A DNA stretch of 64,000 nucleotides, from NCBI GenBank assembly GCA_905236385.1, contig CAJOOY010000034.1:14048-78047 (forward strand). The letters are read 5' to 3'. This DNA comes from an uncultured Spirochaetia bacterium. Lineage in GTDB: Bacteria; Spirochaetota; Spirochaetia; Sphaerochaetales; Sphaerochaetaceae. Under the pieces are notes generated by a model. It saw only the letters and a program-made list of their open reading frames with translations, was not told where the DNA came from and did no database searches. Below are positions 47,534 through 57,258 of this stretch, piece by piece. The position numbers and the translations under genes are program-made. Within the stretch, counting starts at the first letter, position 1; the number at the start of each line of letters is the position of its first letter.

Positions 47534-48157
47534 ATGTCAAAAGACTTTATTACACCGGAAGTTATCAGAGACAGCGCTCTGAAACTCGTTTACAAGATGT
47601 ACAAGGAAGATGGTTTTATACCTGATGTAATCTATGTCTCTCTTAGAGGCGGCGTTTACATGGGAAACGTTATGTCCGAGTTCTATAAGATGGTCTGTAA
47701 GAAGCTTAACAGAAGACCTGTTCTGTACGCTGCAGTTGTTGCTAGAAGTAGGTACGCTCTTGTTCCAGGTGAAGAGACCAAGGTTTTTATTGATGGGTGG
47801 ACTTATTCTCCGGATTATCTTAGAAGTGGAGACAAGGTTCTGATTGTTGATGACATTTTTGATACAGGAAATACAGTAAACAAGCTTGCTCAGGTAATTA
47901 TGGATAAGGGAATACCCCGTGAGGACCTGAAGATAGCCGTCTATGATTACAAGATTCCTGAGTACAAGTACGCAACTTCAAAGCCACTTCCAATTCAGCC
48001 TGATTACTACTGCAGAAAGCATGTTCTCCATTCACCAAAAGAGGAGACATGGATTCACTATCTGTGCCATGAATACGTAGGGCTAACCAATGATGAGATA
48101 GATGAAGTCTACTCTGACCCGGAGGTCAGAGAGATTCTTCATGAGGTGAAAGACTGA
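47534..48157 (+). CDS. Phosphoribosyltransferase-family protein (purine PRT-like)
   Basis: PRPP-binding loop VLIVDDIFDTGNT. Confidence 0.75.
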   Translation: MSKDFITPEVIRDSALKLVYKMYKEDGFIPDVIYVSLRGGVYMGNVMSEFYKMVCKKLNRRPVLYAAVVARSRYALVPGEETKVFIDGWTYSPDYLRSGDKVLIVDDIFDTGNTVNKLAQVIMDKGIPREDLKIAVYDYKIPEYKYATSKPLPIQPDYYCRKHVLHSPKEETWIHYLCHEYVGLTNDEIDEVYSDPEVREILHEVKD

Positions 48158-50892
48158 TTTCTTCCGCAACAGTTTTTGTATTTCTTACCGCTCCCGCATG
48201 GGCAAGGATCATTTCTTCCTACCTTGGGAGCGTTTCTTATTACCTGAATTGGAGAAGTGTTTCCGTTCTCTTTTGCTTCTCTGGCTTTCTGCATCTGGGC
48301 TCTGGCTCTGTCGTTAAACTGTTCAACAGAGGAGTGAGATTCCTGAACTCTTTTAACATGCCTTGGGCCTTCTACTGGATTAGTTCTGATCTTTACGCTT
48401 ACAACAGTCTTAATGACGGCTGTACGAATCTTATCCAGCATCTCATCAAAGATATCAAAACCTTCTAGTTTGTACTCTAAAAGTGGATTCTTTTGAGCGT
48501 AGGAGCGTAGGGCTACAGAGTCTCTTAAATCTTCAAGCTCTTCAAGATGGTTCTGCCACCTGGTGTCTATGTGCCTTAGATATGTCTGACGAGTGAACAT
48601 GGAGAATATCTGAGGGCCGGTAATTTTAACTTTTTCATCTATTTCCGTAGACAAAGCAGCCTTAATCTTAGAAGAAAGTTCAGCTTTCTGAAGCTTTGAA
48701 TCTTCTTCAGATGGAGTCCAATCAAAGCCGATAGTGTCTCTGAGCTGTTCATGAACTGATTCAAAAGGCCCTTCACAGATTTCATCAATATACTCATCTG
48801 CAGACTTAAGAACACGAGCGATTATGTTTTGGTCATTGAGAATATCATCTCTCTGAGAGTAGATGAAGTTTCTCTGTTCATTCAGAACATCATCATAATC
48901 CAGCAGGTGTTTTCTGATTTCAAAGTTTCTCTCTTCAACACGCTTTTGGGCTGTTTCAATGATTCTACTGACCATGGAGTGCTCTAGTGGCTCTCCAGTG
49001 TTCATGCCAAGTCTTGCTACCGTTGCTTTAATATTGTCCTTGGCAAAGAGTCTAAGAAGAGTGTCATCAAAAGAGACAAAGAATCTGGAAGTTCCAGGGT
49101 CTCCCTGTCTTCCGCTTCTTCCCCTGAGTTGGTTATCTATTCTTCTAGACTCATGTCTTTCAGTACCGAGAATGTAGAGACCGCCAAGGGCTTTTACTTT
49201 TTCATACTCAGCTCTCCACTCTGGATATACTCTCTTTCTAGCTTCCTTCAGCTCTTCTTCACTGGCTTCTGAGCCACAGATTTTTCTGGCCAGGTAGTCA
49301 ATTGAACCACCAAGTTTAATATCTGTACCTCTACCGGCCATGTTGGTTGCAATAGTTACTGAGCCAACAGCACCTGCGTTTTCAATAATGACAGCTTCTC
49401 TGGCGTGATTCTTGGCGTTCAGTACTTCATGTTTAATTCCCATCTTTCTTAAAAGAGAGGAGAGGAACTCTGATTTTTCAATAGAGACCGTACCAACGAG
49501 AATTGGTTGTCCTGTGGCGTGTACACGGGCTATCTCTTCACAGATGGCCTTGTATTTAAACTGGTCGTTAAGAAACACATAATCATCCAGGTCTTGTCTC
49601 TGAACTGGAAGGTGAGTTGGGATAACAACTACATCCAGATTATAAATGGAGTTAAACTCGGCACTTTCTGTGTCCGCTGTTCCTGTCATACCAGAGAGCT
49701 TGTCGTACATACGGAAGAAGTTCTGGAAGGTGATTGTTGCCAGGGTTCTGTTCTTTCCGAGAACCTTTATGTGTTCTTTGGCTTCTATGGCCTGATGCAG
49801 GCCGTCTGAGTAGCGCCTTCCGTAAAGAATACGGCCGGTAAATTCATCTACTATCTGGATTTGGCCTTCTTGAACAACATAATCAACATCTTTCTTGTAA
49901 AGATATCTGGCGTTCATGGCCTGAGTTACGTAGTGTATGTATTCAAAGTTTTCATCATCATACAAAGAGCCGGAGAAAGCACCTGTTCTTTTTAGAAGCT
50001 CTTCCATGTGCGTCATACCTTCTTTGGTAAAGGTAATCTGCTTTCTTTTTTCATCTATCTTGAAGTCTCCCTTTGGCTCTAGAGAGGAAGGGTCATCAAA
50101 GCGGGCAAAGGCGGAAGCAACAGGGTACTCGCCAGTTTCTGGGTCTTTCTCACACTCTTTGAAGAAAGAGGTAATCTTTTCCGCGTTGCGAGCAAACTCT
50201 GTGTCATCATCCGCGGGACCGGAAATGATAAGTGGCGTTCTGGCCTCATCAATGAGGATGGAGTCTATCTCGTCAACAATGCAATAGTGGTGTTTTGGCT
50301 GGATTTTGTCCTCAAAGCGATACTTCATGTTGTCTCTGAGGTAATCAAAGCCGAATTCATTGTTAGTGCCGTAGGTTATGTCACAGGCGTAGGCTTGTCT
50401 TCTGCGCTCATTGTCCATGTTGGACACGATTACGCCAACACTGAGGCCAAGGTAGTTGTACACAGGCCCCATCCAGGCTGCGTCTCTCTGGGCGAGATAG
50501 TCGTTAACTGTAACTACGTGGACCCCTTTGCCTTCAAGAGCGTTCAGGTAGGCGGCCGGCACACAGGTGAGAGTTTTACCTTCACCGGTTTTCATTTCAA
50601 GGATCTTGCCCTGGTGGAGGACTACAGCTCCCATAATCTGTACATCATAGTGGCGCTCTCCAAGCACCCTTGATGAAGCTTCCCTACTTAGAGCAAAAGC
50701 TTCAGGAAGTAGCTCATCTAGGCTTTCACCAGCAGAAAAGCGTTCTTTCAGCTTCTGAGTCTCTCTAGGGAAGTCTTCAGCCTTCAGGCTTTCAGCCCAG
50801 GAAGAGAAACTATTTACCTTATCAACAACAGGGGCAAGGCGAGATATATCTTTATCATTCTTTGTTCCGAAAATCTTAGTAAGTAAACTCAT
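48139..50892 (-). CDS. secA: Preprotein translocase ATPase SecA
   Basis: Start taken at MSLLTKIFG (50892). MKTGEGKT, DEIDSILIDEARTPLIIS and TNMAGRGTDI motifs. C-terminal Zn motif CPCGSGKKYKNCCG. Confidence 0.98.
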   Translation of the reverse strand: MSLLTKIFGTKNDKDISRLAPVVDKVNSFSSWAESLKAEDFPRETQKLKERFSAGESLDELLPEAFALSREASSRVLGERHYDVQIMGAVVLHQGKILEMKTGEGKTLTCVPAAYLNALEGKGVHVVTVNDYLAQRDAAWMGPVYNYLGLSVGVIVSNMDNERRRQAYACDITYGTNNEFGFDYLRDNMKYRFEDKIQPKHHYCIVDEIDSILIDEARTPLIISGPADDDTEFARNAEKITSFFKECEKDPETGEYPVASAFARFDDPSSLEPKGDFKIDEKRKQITFTKEGMTHMEELLKRTGAFSGSLYDDENFEYIHYVTQAMNARYLYKKDVDYVVQEGQIQIVDEFTGRILYGRRYSDGLHQAIEAKEHIKVLGKNRTLATITFQNFFRMYDKLSGMTGTADTESAEFNSIYNLDVVVIPTHLPVQRQDLDDYVFLNDQFKYKAICEEIARVHATGQPILVGTVSIEKSEFLSSLLRKMGIKHEVLNAKNHAREAVIIENAGAVGSVTIATNMAGRGTDIKLGGSIDYLARKICGSEASEEELKEARKRVYPEWRAEYEKVKALGGLYILGTERHESRRIDNQLRGRSGRQGDPGTSRFFVSFDDTLLRLFAKDNIKATVARLGMNTGEPLEHSMVSRIIETAQKRVEERNFEIRKHLLDYDDVLNEQRNFIYSQRDDILNDQNIIARVLKSADEYIDEICEGPFESVHEQLRDTIGFDWTPSEEDSKLQKAELSSKIKAALSTEIDEKVKITGPQIFSMFTRQTYLRHIDTRWQNHLEELEDLRDSVALRSYAQKNPLLEYKLEGFDIFDEMLDKIRTAVIKTVVSVKIRTNPVEGPRHVKRVQESHSSVEQFNDRARAQMQKAREAKENGNTSPIQVIRNAPKVGRNDPCPCGSGKKYKNCCGRNQSFTS

Positions 50893-50998
50893 ATCTCTAA
50901 ATATAAACAAAAAACCAACAATAGAAAAGGAAGGACAGAGAACAGACAAATACAAAACATTTGAAAACTGAGTCTTTATATTGGTTGTATATGCAAAC

Positions 50999-51027
50999 TT
51001 GATAGTGAAAATTGAAAGCAGTATAAT
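50999..51027 (+). promoter_or_regulatory. Near-consensus sigma-70 promoter upstream of cvpA
   Basis: TTGATA (50999-51004), 17-nt spacer, TATAAT (51022-51027). Confidence 0.5.
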
Positions 51028-51034
51028 GAGGCGG

Positions 51035-51523
51035 ATGAGTGCTTTAACTACTTTTGATTATATTGTTTTTGTTTTTATTATGATTTGGGGCATCTGGGGA
51101 GCCATCAAAGGCTTCCTTGAGGAGTTGTCTCAGAAATTTGGTTATGTAACCGGGTTTCTTGTGGCTCTCATGTTCACAGCTCTGTTTGCTTCATTCTTTG
51201 TAGACAGACTGTCCATTCCTTATTGGTTTGCAGCCTTTGTCTCGTACGTTATTCTTTTTATTCTCGGTTATCTGTTTATTAAGGTCGTAGGGAATGTCTT
51301 GCAGGCCATCTTCAAGACCATCCAGCTTAAGTTTCTTGATAATCTTCTGGGATTCTTTTTGGGGCTTTTTGAAGGAATTATCATTTTGGGCCTGTTGGAG
51401 ATAGTTCTTAAGTATCAGTCGCTGATAGACGTTTCTGCATATGTAAATTCAAGTGTAATTTATCAAAATATCATTGAACCGTTTACCGGCTTTGTTTCAA
51501 GTTTTATCAAGGGCCTTTGGTGA
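51035..51523 (+). CDS. cvpA: CvpA-family membrane protein
   Basis: Four-TM small membrane protein with a CvpA-like N-terminus (FDYIVFVFIMIWGIWGAIKGF). Start is ATG 51035, or 51026. Confidence 0.78.
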   Translation: MSALTTFDYIVFVFIMIWGIWGAIKGFLEELSQKFGYVTGFLVALMFTALFASFFVDRLSIPYWFAAFVSYVILFILGYLFIKVVGNVLQAIFKTIQLKFLDNLLGFFLGLFEGIIILGLLEIVLKYQSLIDVSAYVNSSVIYQNIIEPFTGFVSSFIKGLW

Positions 51524-52623
51524 TGATCTCTCCGCTTGAGAAAACACAGAAGGACCTTTCATTATTATTTGATAAATTACTTTCCTCAAACTCATTTCCT
51601 CGTGTAAGTCTTTTCTCCGGTCCATCTTTCAGTGGGCGCATGTACGCCTCTATTTTGATATCTGAGAAAACAGGGTCTGATTATTCATCAACTATTATTC
51701 TATCAGACAGAGAGTTTGGAAGAATCATTCCTGCTGCTATTGAGCTTTACAGAAAGAATAGAACTTATAGAGCAGCGAACTTTCTTAAGCATAATGTTTC
51801 TGTTTTTCTAAGTGAATTCAATGGAGCAATGCTTGAAAGTGGCTCTTCAACTGTAAAGAAAAAGTTTGAAACAGCAGGAAACTGTTATGATTTGATTTCA
51901 CGTTTACCAGATGTTCCAGAGAATGAAATAGAGTCATTTTGTTCTTCCTTGTCTAAAGAAGTAGCTAACGTTATGGGTAGGAAGACGTCCACAGGAGCAG
52001 TAACAGTTGGTCAGGTGAGAAACATAAAGGAGTGGTGCAGCACTTCTTCACTTGAAAACAAAAGAAAGACAGTAATTATTGAAGGCCTTGAAAACTCACT
52101 TCCTGCAACTTCAAATGCTTTATTAAAGATTCTGGAAGAGCCTCCTGAAAATACTACATTTATTCTCATTTCCTCTAATACTTCTTCCATACCTCCAACC
52201 ATCCTTAGTAGAGTAAGAGTCTTTAATTTTAAAGCTTTGGATAAGGACGCTCTTCGTTATATTTTTGACAGCATTTCCTTACCGCCTGACGCATTCAAGG
52301 ATTATGAGAGTTTTATCTGGAAGTACAGTGGAACAGATGAAGAGCTGTTGGATAAGAGTGCATTATCTCTTGTTACTACTGGAAAGACAGATGTAAGAAC
52401 ACTTTTAGGAGAGCTTGAGAAGAGTAAGTCTTATGACAGATTCTTTTATCTGGTTCTTAAATATTTGAAAGATAGTATTGAGCCGGACGACCCCGATTTT
52501 GAAAAAAAGTTGTATCTTTATAATGAATTGAGTACTTCAATTTCCAGAAGTAAGACTTTTAATCAGAACCAGAGACTCGTTTTTGATTACATAGTCTACA
52601 GGACGGGAGAGTTTATCAAATGA
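51523..52623 (+). CDS. holB: DNA polymerase III delta-prime subunit (clamp-loader AAA+ protein)
   Basis: Degenerate P-loop (LFSGPSFSGRMYAS) and the LLKILEEPPENTTFILIS box with SRV. ATG overlaps the cvpA stop (TGATG). Confidence 0.8.
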   Translation: MISPLEKTQKDLSLLFDKLLSSNSFPRVSLFSGPSFSGRMYASILISEKTGSDYSSTIILSDREFGRIIPAAIELYRKNRTYRAANFLKHNVSVFLSEFNGAMLESGSSTVKKKFETAGNCYDLISRLPDVPENEIESFCSSLSKEVANVMGRKTSTGAVTVGQVRNIKEWCSTSSLENKRKTVIIEGLENSLPATSNALLKILEEPPENTTFILISSNTSSIPPTILSRVRVFNFKALDKDALRYIFDSISLPPDAFKDYESFIWKYSGTDEELLDKSALSLVTTGKTDVRTLLGELEKSKSYDRFFYLVLKYLKDSIEPDDPDFEKKLYLYNELSTSISRSKTFNQNQRLVFDYIVYRTGEFIK

Positions 52624-53780
52624 GCAGAATCAGTGAAAAGGTAACTAAGAATATATCCAAACTTTCAGATGACCAGATTCTATCATATATGAAGTACCTT
52701 ACAGATGAGATAGAGAAAAGAGATTCTGTTCTGGAATTCATAAAAGAGGGATATATTGAAATTGATAGCTCATGTAAAGTCCTTTATATGAATGAAGCAG
52801 CCAAATCTCTTTTGCCTGTAAATTCTGATGCTGTAAACAGAAAGATAGTAACTACTGAAAGTTTAATCACTGATAAAAGCATCTGCTCGTTTTTTAAAAA
52901 AAGTATTTCAAAAAAAGATTTGAAGAGTGTTTATGAATTCAGAGATAAGAGCCCTCTGTATGGAGAGCGTGATATTAGTATTTCTGCTTTAAAAATCACA
53001 CAGAGCGGAAGTTATATTTTTGAAATTCAAGATATTACTTTCATAAAGAAGATTAGAAGAGAGTTCTCTAGGAATGAAAGCCTGGCTGCCATGACAACCA
53101 TGGCAGCAGGTGTGGCGCATGAGATAAAAAACCCTCTGGCTTCCATGTCTATATATGTTCAGCTTTTGGCTAAAAAACTTGATAAGAACAAGAGCATAAC
53201 AAAAGCAGATGCTGAAAAGACAATCAACGTACTGAATGAAGAGATAGAAAAGCTTAATAAGATGGCTGTTGATTTTCTTTATGCAGTAAAACCAGTAAAT
53301 GCGGAGTTCACTATTGAAAATGTTAATAATCCCATTCAAGAGACCATAAAGCTTGTAGAGGCGGAACTTGAGCAGAACGGAATAAGTATAAAAACAGATT
53401 TAGCTGTGTCTTTGCCAAATGTGAAGCTTGATGCTTCCCTGATTCAGCAGTGTATTCTTAATCTTATTAAAAATTCCATGCAGGCAAAGAAAGAAGCTCA
53501 GACAGATCTCTACATAAAAGTCAGAAGCTTCCTGGATGGGAACAGTGTCTGTATTTCTGTAGAAGATAACGGTTGTGGAATGACTGAGAATCAGATGGTA
53601 AAGATTTTTGAACCTTACTATACTACTAAGGCTAGCGGAACAGGGCTTGGGCTGACAAATATTTATAAGATTATAAAAGAGCATGGCGGAGATATAACTG
53701 TTAACTCTACAGTAAACGTAGGAACAGTTTTTACCATTTCTCTTCCTGTGCCAAGCAGTGAAAGATACAGACTGGAGTAG
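52620..53780 (+). CDS. Cytoplasmic PAS-domain sensor histidine kinase (NtrB/AtoS-like)
   Basis: No TM segment. PAS-like region, H-box AHEIKNPLASM, and N/G1/G2 boxes (LIKNSMQA, DNGCGM, GTGLGL). Confidence 0.9.
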   Translation: MSRISEKVTKNISKLSDDQILSYMKYLTDEIEKRDSVLEFIKEGYIEIDSSCKVLYMNEAAKSLLPVNSDAVNRKIVTTESLITDKSICSFFKKSISKKDLKSVYEFRDKSPLYGERDISISALKITQSGSYIFEIQDITFIKKIRREFSRNESLAAMTTMAAGVAHEIKNPLASMSIYVQLLAKKLDKNKSITKADAEKTINVLNEEIEKLNKMAVDFLYAVKPVNAEFTIENVNNPIQETIKLVEAELEQNGISIKTDLAVSLPNVKLDASLIQQCILNLIKNSMQAKKEAQTDLYIKVRSFLDGNSVCISVEDNGCGMTENQMVKIFEPYYTTKASGTGLGLTNIYKIIKEHGGDITVNSTVNVGTVFTISLPVPSSERYRLE

Positions 53781-53783
53781 AGT

Positions 53784-55136
53784 ATGAAGAAAAGAATACT
53801 TATTGCAGATGATGAATTGAACATTAGAGAAGGTCTAGCTGCTGCAGTAGAGTCTGAAGGCTATGATTCTATTACTGCTGAAAACGGCTCTGTTGCCTGG
53901 AATATAATCCAAAAGCAGGGTGCTGATCTTGTTATAACAGATCTGCGCATGCCTGTTATGACCGGCTCTGAGCTTCTTGAAAAAATCTATTCTTCTTATC
54001 CAACTCTCCCAGTGGTTGTTCTTACAGGCCATGGCTCCATAGAAGATGCAGTAAAAGCCATGCAGAACGGAGCTGTAGATTTTCTTACTAAGCCTGTAAA
54101 TCTGGATCACCTGTTTGTCCTCATAAAAAAGACTCTGAGAGGTAGAGATATTGAGGAAAAAAATCTTGAGCTTCAGAGAGAGCTTGAGAACCTGAAGAAC
54201 AAGAGTTCTTATTCAAGCATAATCGGCAAGAGCAAGAAGGTTCAGGATCTTCTGGATACCATCAGTCAGGTTGCTTCTACAAAGGCCTCTGTATTGATTA
54301 CAGGTGAAAGCGGAGTTGGAAAAGAGCTTGTTGCAGATGCTATTGTCAACTTCAGTGACAGAAAAGATAAGAGTTTTGTTAAGGTTCACTGTGCAGCATT
54401 AAATTCAAATCTTCTTGAAAGTGAACTGTTCGGTCATGTAAAAGGAGCCTTCACGGGCGCTGTGTCCGATAAAAAGGGTCGCTTTGAACAGGCTGATGGA
54501 GGAACTATCTTCCTGGATGAGATTGGAGAGATAGACAAGAGTACCCAAATAAAGCTTTTAAGGGTTCTCCAAGAGCACGAGTTTGAAAAAGTCGGTGGTG
54601 AAAAGACCATCAAGACAGATGTAAGAGTAATAGCAGCTACAAACAGAAATCTGGAAGAAGAGATCAGAAAAGGAAATTTCCGAGAAGACCTTTATTACAG
54701 ATTAAATGTAGTAAATCTTAAAGTTCCGCCTCTAAGGGAAAGAAAAGAAGATATAATCCTACTCGCTACTCACTTTCTGAAACAATTCTGTGAAGAGAAT
54801 AACAAGAAGATTGAAGGTTTTTCAAACCAGGCTATGGCAGCAATTAATAATTATGACTGGCCAGGAAACATAAGAGAGCTTAGAAACTGCCTTGAAAGTG
54901 CAGTTGTCATGTGTAGAAACTCGATTATAGATTTAAATGATCTTCCACCTGCTGTCTCAAGTGCCGGAAGTTCTGTAGATATAGTTATTCCACTTGGAAC
55001 AACTATGGAGGAAGCTGAGAAGACAATAATTCTAGAAACACTTGCTTACTGTAAAGGCAACAAGAGTAAGACTGCAGATGTTTTGAATCTTGGAAGAAAA
55101 ACAGTATTAAGAAAGCTCGCTGAATATGAACAGTAA
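53784..55136 (+). CDS. Sigma-54-dependent response regulator (NtrC-family bacterial enhancer-binding protein)
   Basis: Receiver domain (DLVITDLRMP). AAA+ domain with GESGVGKE and the GAFTGA loop. C-terminal Fis-type HTH. Confidence 0.95.
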   Translation: MKKRILIADDELNIREGLAAAVESEGYDSITAENGSVAWNIIQKQGADLVITDLRMPVMTGSELLEKIYSSYPTLPVVVLTGHGSIEDAVKAMQNGAVDFLTKPVNLDHLFVLIKKTLRGRDIEEKNLELQRELENLKNKSSYSSIIGKSKKVQDLLDTISQVASTKASVLITGESGVGKELVADAIVNFSDRKDKSFVKVHCAALNSNLLESELFGHVKGAFTGAVSDKKGRFEQADGGTIFLDEIGEIDKSTQIKLLRVLQEHEFEKVGGEKTIKTDVRVIAATNRNLEEEIRKGNFREDLYYRLNVVNLKVPPLRERKEDIILLATHFLKQFCEENNKKIEGFSNQAMAAINNYDWPGNIRELRNCLESAVVMCRNSIIDLNDLPPAVSSAGSSVDIVIPLGTTMEEAEKTIILETLAYCKGNKSKTADVLNLGRKTVLRKLAEYEQ

Positions 55137-57240
55137 AGATATTTTTGACTTCTTCGATGCAGGTGGTTTATTAAGCCGGTCTTTGTCCAGGTTTGAATAC
55201 AGGGAAGGGCAGCAGCTAATGGCTCAGGACGCATTCAGCTGTTTTGAGAACAAATCTGTCCATGCAGTGGAAGCCGGGACTGGAATTGGTAAGAGTTTTG
55301 CCTACCTTGTTCCAGCACTGGATAGGGCATTCATAAATGATGAAGACAGAACTGTTATTGCAACCTCCACCATAAATTTGCAAAAACAGATAGTTAAAAA
55401 AGATATTCCTGCCCTGTTCAACACTTTTGGTAAGAAATGTAACGTTGAACTTGCTGTTGGAAGAAGTAACTATATCTGTAAAAGAAAGTTAAAAGAAATA
55501 TATGAATCAAATGCTCTCTTAGAGTCTGTGGGACAGGGCCGCCTTGCTGCATTTATGCATTTTGCTGAAAACTCTGAAACGGGGCTCTTAACTGACTTTA
55601 AGGGCTTTACTGATAAAGAGATACTCTCTGAAATAAGTTCGGATTCGGATACGTGCAGAGGTGCTCAGTGTCCGTTTTTTACTAAATGTTTCTACTTACA
55701 GGCCAAAAGAAGACTATCAAATGCTTCAGTAATTATCTGTAACCACCATTTGTTACTGACAGACTGTATTTCCAGAATGGAAAGTGAGATTGAATATGAC
55801 GAAGAAGCTGTTCTTCCGCCGTTTAAACACTTAGTGATAGATGAGGCACACAACCTGGAGAAAAATGCAACTTCTGTCTTTACAAGAGAGTTCAGTAATA
55901 TAGCTTTAAACAGACAGCTTGAGTACCTGCATTCAGATGCAAGAGCTAGAAAGATGGTAGATTCCGATAAAAATCTTGTTGATAAAATAGCTAAGCATAC
56001 AAAAGATCTGAACTTGGTAAATGAAGTACTTAATTCTATACAAACACTAAAGATGCTTTCTGACTCCATGAATGCTCAGATCTCAGCTTTCCTGCTGGAT
56101 AACCGAATAATGACTGTTCATGTAAATAAGAACAACATTCAAAGTCTGCTCTCGGCTATAGGAACAGCATGTTTGAATCTAAGTACTGCCGGAAAACAAC
56201 TGACTGATTTGTTAACAAGACTGCTGAGAAAGATTGTGAATACTGATGAGACGGAAACACTTATAAACCAGTTTTCTTCAAGGCTTGATAAACTTATTTC
56301 CCTGATAAATATAGTAGATGAGTTAACTCACCCGGAGAAGTGGACAGAGGATATTTATTATCTGGAGAACATCCGCAGAAGAGGAGGGTACACAGCAACT
56401 TTCAACATAGCTCCAATAAGTGTGGCTCCTCTTCTGAAAGACAATCTCTTCAATAAGATAAACAGTGTACTATGCACCAGTGCTACACTTGATTTAAATG
56501 ATGATTTTAAATTTTTCAGTCGTCAGGTCGGTTTACCTGTTGATACAAAGCCTTACGTTAAAAAGAAATACATGTCTCCATTTGAATACAAGAGCCACCT
56601 TATGCTCCTGACTCCTTCCGACTCTGTCCAGTACAATAATGAAGATATACCTTCCTATAAAGAGTTTCTTTGCTCATCCATTAAAAGCGCTGTTCTGAGT
56701 AGCGGTGGCGGGGCTCTTGTGCTCTTTACAAATGCAACTCTCATGAACGAAGTCTTTGAAGAGCTTCAGCCCCAGATCAGTGAAACGCTCGGTGTGAACT
56801 GCTATGTTCAGGGCCAGATGGAGCGTTACAATCTGATGGAAACTTTTAAAATGGAGGAAGATAGCGTACTCTTTGCCACAAATAGCTTTTGGGAAGGAGT
56901 AGATGCCCCGGGCAATACCTTACGTCTTGTTATTATCACAAAACTTCCCTTCATTATGCCAACTGATCCAATCTTTAAAGCCAGAAGTGAGAAGATTGAT
57001 AAAGATAATGGAGGAAGTGGCTTTATTCTTCTTTCTCTTCCTGAGGCAACCATGAAGCTGAAGCAGGGTTTTGGTCGGCTTATGAGGCACGCAGAAGATA
57101 AAGGAATAGTTCTGATTCTGGACTCAAGGATATCTAGCAAGGGCTACGGGCCGTACATGCTTTCAAATCTGCCGGAAAGCTACCACCCGGATTGCAGGCT
57201 GGCAAATATAAGTGATTATATTGAACAATTTCTCTATTAA
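55126..57240 (+). CDS. dinG: DinG/Rad3-family ATP-dependent DNA helicase
   Basis: GTGIGKSFAYLVP, DEAHNLE, a Cys cluster (CRGAQCPFFTKC) consistent with an Fe-S domain, and a C-terminal helicase domain (QGFGRLMR). Confidence 0.85.
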   Translation: MNSKDIFDFFDAGGLLSRSLSRFEYREGQQLMAQDAFSCFENKSVHAVEAGTGIGKSFAYLVPALDRAFINDEDRTVIATSTINLQKQIVKKDIPALFNTFGKKCNVELAVGRSNYICKRKLKEIYESNALLESVGQGRLAAFMHFAENSETGLLTDFKGFTDKEILSEISSDSDTCRGAQCPFFTKCFYLQAKRRLSNASVIICNHHLLLTDCISRMESEIEYDEEAVLPPFKHLVIDEAHNLEKNATSVFTREFSNIALNRQLEYLHSDARARKMVDSDKNLVDKIAKHTKDLNLVNEVLNSIQTLKMLSDSMNAQISAFLLDNRIMTVHVNKNNIQSLLSAIGTACLNLSTAGKQLTDLLTRLLRKIVNTDETETLINQFSSRLDKLISLINIVDELTHPEKWTEDIYYLENIRRRGGYTATFNIAPISVAPLLKDNLFNKINSVLCTSATLDLNDDFKFFSRQVGLPVDTKPYVKKKYMSPFEYKSHLMLLTPSDSVQYNNEDIPSYKEFLCSSIKSAVLSSGGGALVLFTNATLMNEVFEELQPQISETLGVNCYVQGQMERYNLMETFKMEEDSVLFATNSFWEGVDAPGNTLRLVIITKLPFIMPTDPIFKARSEKIDKDNGGSGFILLSLPEATMKLKQGFGRLMRHAEDKGIVLILDSRISSKGYGPYMLSNLPESYHPDCRLANISDYIEQFLY

Positions 57241-57258
57241 TTGTGTTAAACTTTTCCC

